DNA of 64,000 nt from a bacterium (GTDB lineage: Bacteria > Patescibacteriota > Microgenomatia > Curtissbacterales > GWA2-41-24): positions 432,412 to 496,411 of the forward strand of contig JAKAJD010000001.1 of the NCBI GenBank assembly GCA_021813945.1. Direction: 5' to 3'. Below are positions 57,106-64,000 of the stretch, piece by piece (the first letter of the stretch is position 1; each line of letters begins with the position of its first letter). The notes beneath the pieces are model-generated. The model had not been told where the DNA came from, did not search any database, and saw nothing but the letters and a program-made list of their open reading frames with translations. The translations under genes were made by a program, and so were the position numbers.

Positions 57106-57498
57106 TCATAACTTTCTCCAGTCTATTTTTTTACCAGCTAAAAGATGCATATGCAAATGTGGCACATGCTGAAATCTACCACCATTATAAGCCAAGCGGA
57201 AAGCATCGAGCTTATTGTCTTCGATCAACTTTTTGGCAACTTCGTGCATTGCCATTAAATCGGAAGCTTCCGAGTCAGAAATTGTCAAAACTGATTCGAT
57301 ATGTTTTTTGGGAACAATCAGAAAGTGCACTTCGGCTATTGGATTTATATCTGCAAAAGCAACTACCTTTTCTGTCTCCGCGACAAAGTTGCTTTTAATC
57401 TCCCCTGTTACGATTTTACAAAAAATACAGTCTTTCGAAATCATATATTTAATCCTAAGTTGCGCTTCCTTGGCTAAAAATTTTGCTTTTTTTATCAT
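57106..57498 (-). CDS. HIT-family (histidine triad) nucleotide hydrolase
   Basis: HVPHLHMHLL histidine triad. Length 130 aa. Confidence 0.8.
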   Translation of the reverse strand: MIKKAKFLAKEAQLRIKYMISKDCIFCKIVTGEIKSNFVAETEKVVAFADINPIAEVHFLIVPKKHIESVLTISDSEASDLMAMHEVAKKLIEDNKLDAFRLAYNGGRFQHVPHLHMHLLAGKKIDWRKL

Positions 57499-57511
57499 TT
57501 GAGCTCATAAG

Positions 57512-58360
57512 TTAAGATTTTTCGAGTATTTCGACGATTTCCTCAAGTTTCAAATTGCTAGGTTTCATCGTCGGATTTCTTGTCGAACCATTTCTGAGAA
57601 GTACCTTGGAGGCATGCAGAAACCAAGTTCCTACTTTGTCTTTCTCTTTTATTATCTCATAGGCTCGCGTAAGGTCGACTTTGTGGCTATTGGAACCGGT
57701 AATTCTAACGTAACCTTCCTGTGGGTCTTTTCTAACAACCAAAGAATAACCCTCCTTTATTGCAACCTCCATTATTCCGTCGTTTTTAGTTAAAACCCCG
57801 ACGCCTTTGCCCCAACGCGTATCAAACTTCACTCCGTCTTGCCTAATTTCTTTTTCCGCCTTTACTTTGGACTGCATAAGCCTGTAAACCGCCTCCAAAC
57901 CATCAGTCACAAAGCTAATATGCTTTTCGGTATCTCCAGGGTAAACACCCTTAAAACCGGAAAGAATATTGTGAAGCGAAAACTCCCATCTGTCCGAACC
58001 CGGATCCGCCCACTTGTAAGTATCCCATCCATGGTCAAGCTCCGTAATAACCTCTACAATTCGCTTTAGAGCTTCGTCGTCTGCCTTAACATATCCTTCT
58101 TTTACCAACCACTCGTAAACCAGTTTCGTGCCACAAGTGAATTCATTGGTTTTGTGGTGATCAAATTTGCCGCCACCGACATCAACATGTAAAACATTAG
58201 GATTAGAATCTACAGGCTCGTTGTTGTAAGTATTATCACCGGCAGGAACTAACTCGACCCGGGCATTTTTAAAATCAGGGTGAAATTTCCGAAGCAGCCA
58301 AATAGCCGGAATACCGTCAAAGTCCGGCGAGGTATGGGTAACTATAATTTTTTGCGCCAA
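57512..58360 (-). CDS. DHH-superfamily phosphoesterase-like protein
   Basis: Motifs HTSPDFDG, DVGGG and FDHH, spaced as in the DHH family. Recall-based. Confidence 0.5.
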   Translation of the reverse strand: MAQKIIVTHTSPDFDGIPAIWLLRKFHPDFKNARVELVPAGDNTYNNEPVDSNPNVLHVDVGGGKFDHHKTNEFTCGTKLVYEWLVKEGYVKADDEALKRIVEVITELDHGWDTYKWADPGSDRWEFSLHNILSGFKGVYPGDTEKHISFVTDGLEAVYRLMQSKVKAEKEIRQDGVKFDTRWGKGVGVLTKNDGIMEVAIKEGYSLVVRKDPQEGYVRITGSNSHKVDLTRAYEIIKEKDKVGTWFLHASKVLLRNGSTRNPTMKPSNLKLEEIVEILEKS

Positions 58361-58402
58361 TCAAATAACACATCCTTCCCAATATCCCTAATGGGACTTT
58401 TC

Positions 58403-58431
58403 ATTTTAACTTTTTAAGAGACGTTTGGCAA
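58403..58431 (-). promoter_or_regulatory. Candidate sigma70-type promoter TTGCCA-N17-TAAAAT for the DHH gene
   Basis: Hexamers read directly from the minus strand. The motif is nearly identical to the one at 59042-59071. Confidence 0.45.
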
Positions 58432-58440
58432 GAAAACTCT

Positions 58441-59016
58441 CTAATCAGGAGTTTCGCTTTTCGGAAACTTAGGTAAATCAGGTTCATCTCCATATCTTTT
58501 GATAAATTCGCCTCTCCATGCGGCATAACGAGGAGCAAACTTCTCTGCGAGCATGAGCTCCTTCGCTAGCTCATCATTTCTTAGAAACGAAAGCTCAAAT
58601 ACGGCCATCGCATAAGAAGCATTTTCAAAAACTTGTACTTTATCCGAAAATATACCGCCTTCCGAATCGTCAGCACCTAAAATTTCGCCCAAAACGCGAC
58701 CTACAGCCCCTCCTTCAAAATCGGCTGGAGTTTGACCTACCATATATAAACCTCTCACCCGGCCCAAAATAAATCTTTTGAAACTCTCCGTACCGTTCGA
58801 CCGTTTCAAAAGCCTCTCTAGTGCCGGAATCATTGTCTCGAGAAGCTGCGAGTTGGATTCTCTTCGCTCGGCTCCGCTAAGAATCTCCGCGAATTCTGCC
58901 GAATCAAGAGCGGGTGGTTCTCCATGCATATCTAACTTTGGGGCTAAATCTAAAAACCTTATGAGCCCTCCATTCAGCTCAGCCGGTGACATTTCACTGT
59001 AATCTCGCTCTCTCAT
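58441..59016 (-). CDS. Hypothetical protein (191 aa, acidic)
   Basis: ORF with no competing ORF, preceded by the promoter-like element at 59042-59071. Confidence 0.4.
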   Translation of the reverse strand: MRERDYSEMSPAELNGGLIRFLDLAPKLDMHGEPPALDSAEFAEILSGAERRESNSQLLETMIPALERLLKRSNGTESFKRFILGRVRGLYMVGQTPADFEGGAVGRVLGEILGADDSEGGIFSDKVQVFENASYAMAVFELSFLRNDELAKELMLAEKFAPRYAAWRGEFIKRYGDEPDLPKFPKSETPD

Positions 59017-59041
59017 ATATAAGGATCTTAAATAGTGCTAA

Positions 59042-59071
59042 ATTTTAACTTTTTGAAAAGGCTTTTGGCAA
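59042..59071 (-). promoter_or_regulatory. Candidate sigma70-type promoter TTGCCA-N18-TAAAAT
   Basis: Shares about 30 nt of near-identity (TTTTAACTTTTT..A..G..TTTGGCAAGAA) with the element at 58403-58431. Confidence 0.45.
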
Positions 59072-59075
59072 GAAT

Positions 59076-60176
59076 TTACGCAGCAGTTACTGCTTTTTTA
59101 ACCAACTCCAAAGTTTTGGCCTGAAAAAGCGAGACCGCAATATACTGCTGAAGATCTACTTTTTGCTGCTCCGAAAGTTTAGATTGATCGACTCCGCCAT
59201 AGGCGTTTTCAAGCTCTTCTTTAGAGATCTGCACCTTTTCCTGTTTGCCAATCTCATCCATAATCAGCGTTGTTTTGACATTTTTTTCCGCCTGCGGTCT
59301 CCATTTGGCACGCAGTGCATCCATAGTAGTATTTTCTTCCCTCAAAAAGTCCTCAATCTTTTTGCCTTGCCGCTCGACTTCCTGGTTCAAACGAACCATT
59401 ATTCGGTTAAGCTCGTCGTCTACAAGAATATCCGGAACTTCCACTTCCCCTATTGTAAGAAGACTATCAAATAGCTCTTCCTCCAATTTGTTTTCCGATT
59501 GGTCCGCAACAATTGCTTCCAAGTCCTTCCTAACAAGCTCTTTTAGATGCGCAATATCCCTTGCCCCAACAGCTTTGGCAAACTCATCATCAATCTTGTC
59601 CTGAGCGCTAGTCGAAGGATTTCCGCTTCCTTTCACCGGAATAGGGTTACCATGAGCATCATAAATAACTTTGCTACCCGCCTCCTGGTCACTAGTCTCT
59701 GGCTTCTGGCTACTTTTTTGCTTCAACCAAGCCGCATGAATGTTTTTTATCGACTGTTCGACATCCGCATCCGAAACAGCCTTAACCGCAACTTTTTTAA
59801 CTTTGATAGCCTTCCAGTTGCCAAGCTTAACTTTAGGGCGCTGAATCAAAGACGCCACAAATGAAAAGGGCGAATTTAAAGAAAGCGCCTCAACGGCAAT
59901 TTTGGGATTAACTATAGGAACAATCCCTTCTTTTTGGAAAATCTCGTCCAGATGTTTTGTTACCAGAGAATTTGCCGCTTCGTTTAAAATCCTGCCTATC
60001 CCAATTTGTCCTTCAACTACGTCCCGAGGCACGTGGCCGGGCCTAAAACCGGATACTTTTACGTCCTTTGCTAAATTTTCAACCGCGGCATCATATGCTG
60101 CGGAAAAATCTGCCTTTGGCACATCAACTTTAACCTCAATTTTGCCCTTTTCGCCTGGGGTTATTGTGTATTGCAT
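59076..60176 (-). CDS. tig: Trigger factor, short form
   Basis: N-terminal ribosome-binding domain with the GFRPGHVP signature. Length 366 aa, so the PPIase domain is probably reduced or absent. Confidence 0.8.
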   Translation of the reverse strand: MQYTITPGEKGKIEVKVDVPKADFSAAYDAAVENLAKDVKVSGFRPGHVPRDVVEGQIGIGRILNEAANSLVTKHLDEIFQKEGIVPIVNPKIAVEALSLNSPFSFVASLIQRPKVKLGNWKAIKVKKVAVKAVSDADVEQSIKNIHAAWLKQKSSQKPETSDQEAGSKVIYDAHGNPIPVKGSGNPSTSAQDKIDDEFAKAVGARDIAHLKELVRKDLEAIVADQSENKLEEELFDSLLTIGEVEVPDILVDDELNRIMVRLNQEVERQGKKIEDFLREENTTMDALRAKWRPQAEKNVKTTLIMDEIGKQEKVQISKEELENAYGGVDQSKLSEQQKVDLQQYIAVSLFQAKTLELVKKAVTAA

Positions 60177-60216
60177 TGTAATTGAAAATTATAGCAGGAT
60201 CTTTGATGCATTCAAA

Positions 60217-60501
60217 CTAGAAACGGCCTCCGTACTTCGTGCCATAAGGATTCAATTTCCCAAGATCCTCAAAAGCGTTAAGCCATTTTCGGATGATGCC
60301 TTTTTCCCCGCCTGTTTCTATAGGATTACTATCTACTGTTACCGGTAAGGATCTGACATACCTGTTTGCAGATGCAACAGTCTGCCTAGCCGAAAGCCAA
60401 CCCGAAATACTTCGGCCACCACAAATTTGACCGGTCAACCTGCGGTCAGCTACATCAGCCGTATCACAAGCATCCCTCGAATTAAAAGCTCTCTCAGCCA
60501 T
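60217..60501 (-). CDS. Hypothetical protein (94 aa)
   Basis: ORF between tig and proS with no motif. It may be spurious. Confidence 0.3.
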   Translation of the reverse strand: MAERAFNSRDACDTADVADRRLTGQICGGRSISGWLSARQTVASANRYVRSLPVTVDSNPIETGGEKGIIRKWLNAFEDLGKLNPYGTKYGGRF

Positions 60502-60540
60502 GTGGGAAATTATACTAAAAATTACTATAAGTTACAAAAT

Positions 60541-61770
60541 TTACGATAGCTCCCTTATTAAATCCTCGACAGTAAACACTCTAGGGGTTTCTTTGTCTCT
60601 TTCCTTCATCTCCACTTTTCCTTTACCAACTTTTTTGGAAACGACCAAACGAACCGGAATTCCGATAAGATCGGCATCTGCAAACTTTTCCCCTGCAGAA
60701 ACATTTTCCCTATCATCCCAAAGGACAGCAACACCGGCTTCCGTTAACTTTTTATAGATCTCTTTAACCCAAGGTTCAGTCCCGGTATCTTCGATATGAA
60801 CCAAATGGGCATCGAAAGGTGCAACCGATCTGGGCCAAATTATTCCCCGCTCATCGTGCATCACCTCTACAATTGCCCCCATTAGCCTGGAAATCCCGAT
60901 GCCGTAACAGCCCATGAGAACCGGTTTTTCCTTGCCGTCGGAATCTGTATATTTCAAACCGAATGCGCTACTGTATTTATCCTTTAGCGAAAAAATATTG
61001 CCGACCTCAATTGTTTTGGCCCGAACTAAAGGCCCGTGGCCCAAATCGCATTGCTTTCCTTCTTTGACAGTCGCAATTTCCGTATTTTCGGAAAAATCAC
61101 CGCCCGGGCAGTAAATTATCTCGTCCTCACCCGATTCGCATACAACCTGGTATTCATCCGAATACTTGGAAAAAGTGCCACCGCTAGCCCGCGTTTCAAT
61201 AGCGTTCAAGCCAACACGCTTGAAAACGTTTCTGTAAGCCACTTTTGCCTTTTCGTAGTATTTTTCAAAATCCGCCTCTGTCGCATGGAAAGAATATAAA
61301 TCCTTCATCAAAAATTCGCGCCCCCGCAAGAGCCCCGCCTTTGCCCTTACCTCGTCACGAAATTTTGTCTGGATTTGATAAACGTATTTCGGTAAATCAC
61401 CGTAAGATTTTACAAAGTGTTTTGCCATAGGAACTACGATCTCTTCGTGAGTCGGACCAAGCGCAAATTCACCCGCTTCACCTCTTACTCTAAAAAGAAC
61501 ATCGAAGCTTTTCCACCTGCCTGTTTGCTCCCAATTAGCTTTTGGTTGCAAAACCGGCATCGTAATTTCCTGCCCGCCTATTGCATCCATTTCCTCCCGA
61601 ACAATACTTGAGATGTTGTTGATAACACTCTGACCTAGAGGCAAATATGAATAAATTCCTGCTGCAACCTTATCAACATATCCCGCGCGGATCAAGAGCT
61701 TGGCATTTACCGATGTTTCGTCGGAAGGCACCTGCTTTGAAGTTTTAGAAAAAAGATCAGTTACTCTCAC
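60541..61770 (-). CDS. proS: Proline--tRNA ligase, short bacterial form without the editing insertion
   Basis: Class II aaRS. The N-terminus aligns to ProS from RVTDLFSKTSKQVPSDE...LLIRAGYV. The track start is a TTG at 61824. I prefer the GTG at 61770. Confidence 0.85.
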   Translation of the reverse strand: MRVTDLFSKTSKQVPSDETSVNAKLLIRAGYVDKVAAGIYSYLPLGQSVINNISSIVREEMDAIGGQEITMPVLQPKANWEQTGRWKSFDVLFRVRGEAGEFALGPTHEEIVVPMAKHFVKSYGDLPKYVYQIQTKFRDEVRAKAGLLRGREFLMKDLYSFHATEADFEKYYEKAKVAYRNVFKRVGLNAIETRASGGTFSKYSDEYQVVCESGEDEIIYCPGGDFSENTEIATVKEGKQCDLGHGPLVRAKTIEVGNIFSLKDKYSSAFGLKYTDSDGKEKPVLMGCYGIGISRLMGAIVEVMHDERGIIWPRSVAPFDAHLVHIEDTGTEPWVKEIYKKLTEAGVAVLWDDRENVSAGEKFADADLIGIPVRLVVSKKVGKGKVEMKERDKETPRVFTVEDLIRELS

Positions 61771-61822
61771 AAAATGAAGTATAACAGTTTTGTCGCTGCT
61801 AGCGAAGCAAGTTTGCTTGGTC

Positions 61823-61913
61823 AAGGTCAGGTCTTCTCCTTAGCTAAGGGCAGGCCTTAACATACGGAATTCGCTGCACAAAGGCCTGACCTTTACTCCA
61901 GAAGGCCTGACCC
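61823..61913. repeat. Four copies or variants of the dispersed palindrome (AAGGTCAGGTCTT, AAGGGCAGGCCTTAA, AAAGGCCTGACCTTT, GAAGGCCTGACCC) in the rseP-proS spacer
   Basis: Read directly from sequence. Confidence 0.6.
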
Positions 61914-61952
61914 ATGAATCGTAAATCGTATGTCGTATATCTTTCTTAGAAG

Positions 61953-63065
61953 CTAGTGGTGAAACAACTTTAAAACGTCGTTGTAGGTGATAAGAACGAT
62001 AAGCCCTATCAAAAATGCAAATCCAACCGTATGCACCCATTTTTCAAAAGTGGCATTAGCTCGCCTTCTGGTGACAAGTTCAAAAACAATAAAAGCAAAG
62101 CGGCCACCATCCAAAGCCGGAATGGGTAAAATATTTAAAACGGCAAGGTTTAGAGAAAGAAGCCCAATAAGCTGCAAAACAGAAACGATTCCCAAGGAAA
62201 CCGCCTGTGATGTAATCTGCACAATTCCAACCGGTCCGGAAACATTTTCCGAAACAGGCGCAATTGTGTGTTCGCGCAAAGAGTAAGCAATTAGTTTTCC
62301 AAAAACCGTTACCGAATAATCAAAAGTGTTCCAGCTATGAATAAACCCTGCAAAAAGTTTTTGTGGCAAAGTTGTGTATTTTAGTGCAACAATTTCCCCT
62401 AGCTCCACTCCTAATGCGGGTGCTTTTACATCACTATTGTAAGTTGGTGTCACACTAACTCTCCTTTGACTGTTATTAACCGGATTTTCCAAAACCAACT
62501 CTACCGGCTTATTTTCCGAAGCACGAATCAAGGATTGCAGCTGCGATGTTGAAGTAATTTCTTGCCCGTTTACCGAAATAATGGCACTTCCGGCCTCAAT
62601 TCCCGCCTTTTGAGCTGCTGAGCCGGCAGAGACATCGGCAATCAAAACTTCGTTAGACTGGTTAACAAATGCAAACTTATGGTCAGCAATAAGCGGCAAA
62701 TTAACCTTAAACCCAAGAGCAAAAACAACTATGTAAAAAACGCCAACGGCTACCACAAAATTCATAAAAACGCCGGCAACAACAACAACCATTCGCTGCC
62801 AAATATTTTTTGTGTAAAAACTGTTTTTAGCATCTTTGTGCTTGTCGTCTACATCTTCACCGACAAGCCTCACAAAACCGCCAAAAGGAAGCCAATTTAA
62901 AGAATAAATTGTACCGCCAATTTTTTTGCCCCAAGCCCTTGGAGGTAGACCGAAACCGAATTCTTCAACTCCTATTCCCGACCTTTTGGCCATAATAAAA
63001 TGCCCAAATTCATGGATCATCACCAAAAATGAAAGTATCAGAATGAAAATAATAATCGACAACAT
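61953..63065 (-). CDS. rseP: RIP metalloprotease RseP (site-2 protease with a PDZ domain)
   Basis: HEFGHF zinc motif in TM1, a central PDZ domain, and a C-terminal LDGG motif. Confidence 0.85.
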   Translation of the reverse strand: MLSIIIFILILSFLVMIHEFGHFIMAKRSGIGVEEFGFGLPPRAWGKKIGGTIYSLNWLPFGGFVRLVGEDVDDKHKDAKNSFYTKNIWQRMVVVVAGVFMNFVVAVGVFYIVVFALGFKVNLPLIADHKFAFVNQSNEVLIADVSAGSAAQKAGIEAGSAIISVNGQEITSTSQLQSLIRASENKPVELVLENPVNNSQRRVSVTPTYNSDVKAPALGVELGEIVALKYTTLPQKLFAGFIHSWNTFDYSVTVFGKLIAYSLREHTIAPVSENVSGPVGIVQITSQAVSLGIVSVLQLIGLLSLNLAVLNILPIPALDGGRFAFIVFELVTRRRANATFEKWVHTVGFAFLIGLIVLITYNDVLKLFHH

Positions 63066-63119
63066 TTTTACTATTTTATAGGAAGATTGCCCTTAAGTCG
63101 AACGGTAAGTTCTTGGAAG

Positions 63120-63668
63120 TTATATTTCTCGAAGCTGTTCTTCTTTCGCTTTACCTGCTACTTCTATTGCTTCAACGTACTCGTCATGAAGTTTTTGCAG
63201 CTCCCCTTCCAACCTTTTTTCCTCGTCTTCGGAAATTGCACCGGAATCCTGTTGGTCTTTTAATGACTCCCTCGCTTCGTGCCTAATCTGACGAACCTGC
63301 ACCCTATACTGCTCAAGCGTTGCGTGCATTTGCTTTATAAACTGCTCTCTTCGCTCTGCTGTCAAAGGAGGAATAACAATCCGAATCAAATCACCGTCGA
63401 TAACCGCATTCAGCCCGATATTTGCTTTTGTAATTCCGCCAACAACATTTGTGATAATCGACTTATCCCAAGGAGAAATCAAAATAACAGTTGGCTCGGG
63501 AGTAGATATATTGGCAAGCTCTTTGACCATAAGCTTGCTGTCGTATGCATCGCAGACAATGTCCGAAACCAAAGCAGAATTAGCTCTCCCCGTCCTAATC
63601 TGGGCCAGCTCCGTTTTAAGATGCGCTACCGCATCCTGCATTTTCAATTGGGCTTCGGTTATATCCAT
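63120..63668 (-). CDS. frr: Ribosome recycling factor
   Basis: Length 182 aa with a conserved RRF pattern throughout. Confidence 0.9.
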   Translation of the reverse strand: MDITEAQLKMQDAVAHLKTELAQIRTGRANSALVSDIVCDAYDSKLMVKELANISTPEPTVILISPWDKSIITNVVGGITKANIGLNAVIDGDLIRIVIPPLTAERREQFIKQMHATLEQYRVQVRQIRHEARESLKDQQDSGAISEDEEKRLEGELQKLHDEYVEAIEVAGKAKEEQLREI

Positions 63669-63865
63669 TACACACCTCTACTTTTAACACAATTAATATC
63701 AAATATCACCTCTGTCAACCTAGTTGAAAAAACTTCTTCCGCCTCAACATCGCCCTTTGCGATTGCTAAAGCAATCCCCTGCACGTAAGCATCTTCGTGT
63801 GTCCGTAAATCTTTCAAACGTGCTTCTTGAATAATTGCGAGGGTTTCGCTACTTTCCAAAATCAT
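63668..63865 (-). CDS. Small hypothetical protein translationally coupled (TAATG) to frr
   Basis: ORF of 65 aa whose stop overlaps the frr start by 1 nt. It does not resemble the C-terminus of PyrH. Confidence 0.3.
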   Translation of the reverse strand: MILESSETLAIIQEARLKDLRTHEDAYVQGIALAIAKGDVEAEEVFSTRLTEVIFDINCVKSRGV

Positions 63866-64000
63866 AATTCTGATTGGAACTTTTGCATCATCTAATCATA
63901 TTATCTTCCAGACCAGCTAAGACGTGGTGCGCCTGCTAAATCAGCATGATCAACGGTCGGCCTAGCTTCTAATCGCCTCAAAGTTTGGTAAATTCCATCC

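Noticed and set aside
60541-61824. Using the track start (TTG at 61824) for proS, and similarly the TTG starts at 40804, 47688 and 53918
   Set aside because: Alignment to known N-termini, signal-peptide logic and SD positions support internal GTG or ATG starts at 61770, 40765, 47652 and 53870. The extended versions would run into the palindromic repeat spacers.
1-64000. CRISPR arrays, rRNA or tRNA genes, IS elements and integrases
   Set aside because: I found no regularly spaced direct repeats of 25-40 nt. No intergenic space exceeds about 365 nt. I saw no tRNA-like T-arm GTTCRANYC motifs in spacers and no transposase or integrase-like ORFs. A proper tRNAscan or cmsearch was not possible here.

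Overview
The window is densely coded (about 90% coding) and moderately AT-rich (I sampled roughly 40-48% GC). Most genes are on the minus strand in long co-directional runs, many with 4-nt ATGA/TAATG overlaps. The gene set is consistent with a small-genome, likely monoderm bacterium, possibly Patescibacteria/CPR-like. This is inference from a Gmad2 Ig-like protein, DUF5667-like partners of ECF sigma factors, a short trigger factor, ProS without an editing insertion, and strong AGGAGGTG Shine-Dalgarno sites.

Content from left to right:
- 267-2959: three small secreted/membrane proteins and an MprF-like lysyl-phosphatidylglycerol synthase.
- 2994-12920: a cell-envelope glycan cluster. It holds an NDP-sugar dehydrogenase, an epimerase/dehydratase, a GT2, two SAM methyltransferases (one a class-I + FkbM double-domain fusion), a Wzm/Wzt-type ABC exporter, and nadE embedded in the middle.
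- 12973-18547: a Gly-rich secreted protein, a MacB/FtsX-type ABC exporter with a HlyD adaptor, and an OmpR/HisKA two-component system.
- 18594-21347: a three-gene flavinylation module. It comprises an exported FMN-binding-domain protein, an ApbE FAD:protein FMN transferase, and a polytopic membrane protein fused to a ferredoxin-NADP-reductase-like FAD/NAD(P) module.
- 21435-34291: ddl, an atypical OmpR-type regulator, a GlpX-like bisphosphatase, an ECF sigma with a DUF5667-like partner, an MFS transporter, a geranylgeranyl-reductase-family flavoprotein, msrB, mpg, yjbQ, pterin carbinolamine dehydratase, ICMT, and an MsbA-like exporter.
- 34285-41415: a run of compositionally unusual hypothetical proteins (R/D/E/G-rich, higher local GC). 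It also contains a LUD-domain protein, MazG, a coiled-coil protein, a zinc-ribbon membrane protein and a 575-aa anchored surface protein.
- 41458-64000: a holin-family membrane protein, Gmad2, zwf / gnd-pgl, cysS, a Doc/Fic-family toxin, a second ECF sigma, recR, a NUDIX hydrolase, ybaB, hpf, dnaX, ybeY, yqeY, rpsU, a HIT protein, a DHH phosphoesterase, tig, proS, rseP and frr.

I found no rRNA, tRNA, CRISPR array, transposase or integrase.

Non-coding signals I can see directly:
- A dispersed family of short palindromes (consensus AAGGCCWGRCCTT). They occur in 1-4 copies in at least seven intergenic spacers, often just upstream of a promoter -35 box.
- Two near-identical sigma70-like promoters (TTGCCA-N17/18-TAAAAT) upstream of adjacent minus-strand genes.
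- An identical extended SD (AAAAAGGAGGTGAAAAA) upstream of two unrelated genes.
- A 13/14-nt tandem duplication inside the dnaX zinc module.

The ORF track uses alternative start codons, so some listed starts are over-extended. Coordinates I derived by hand may be off by 1 nt.
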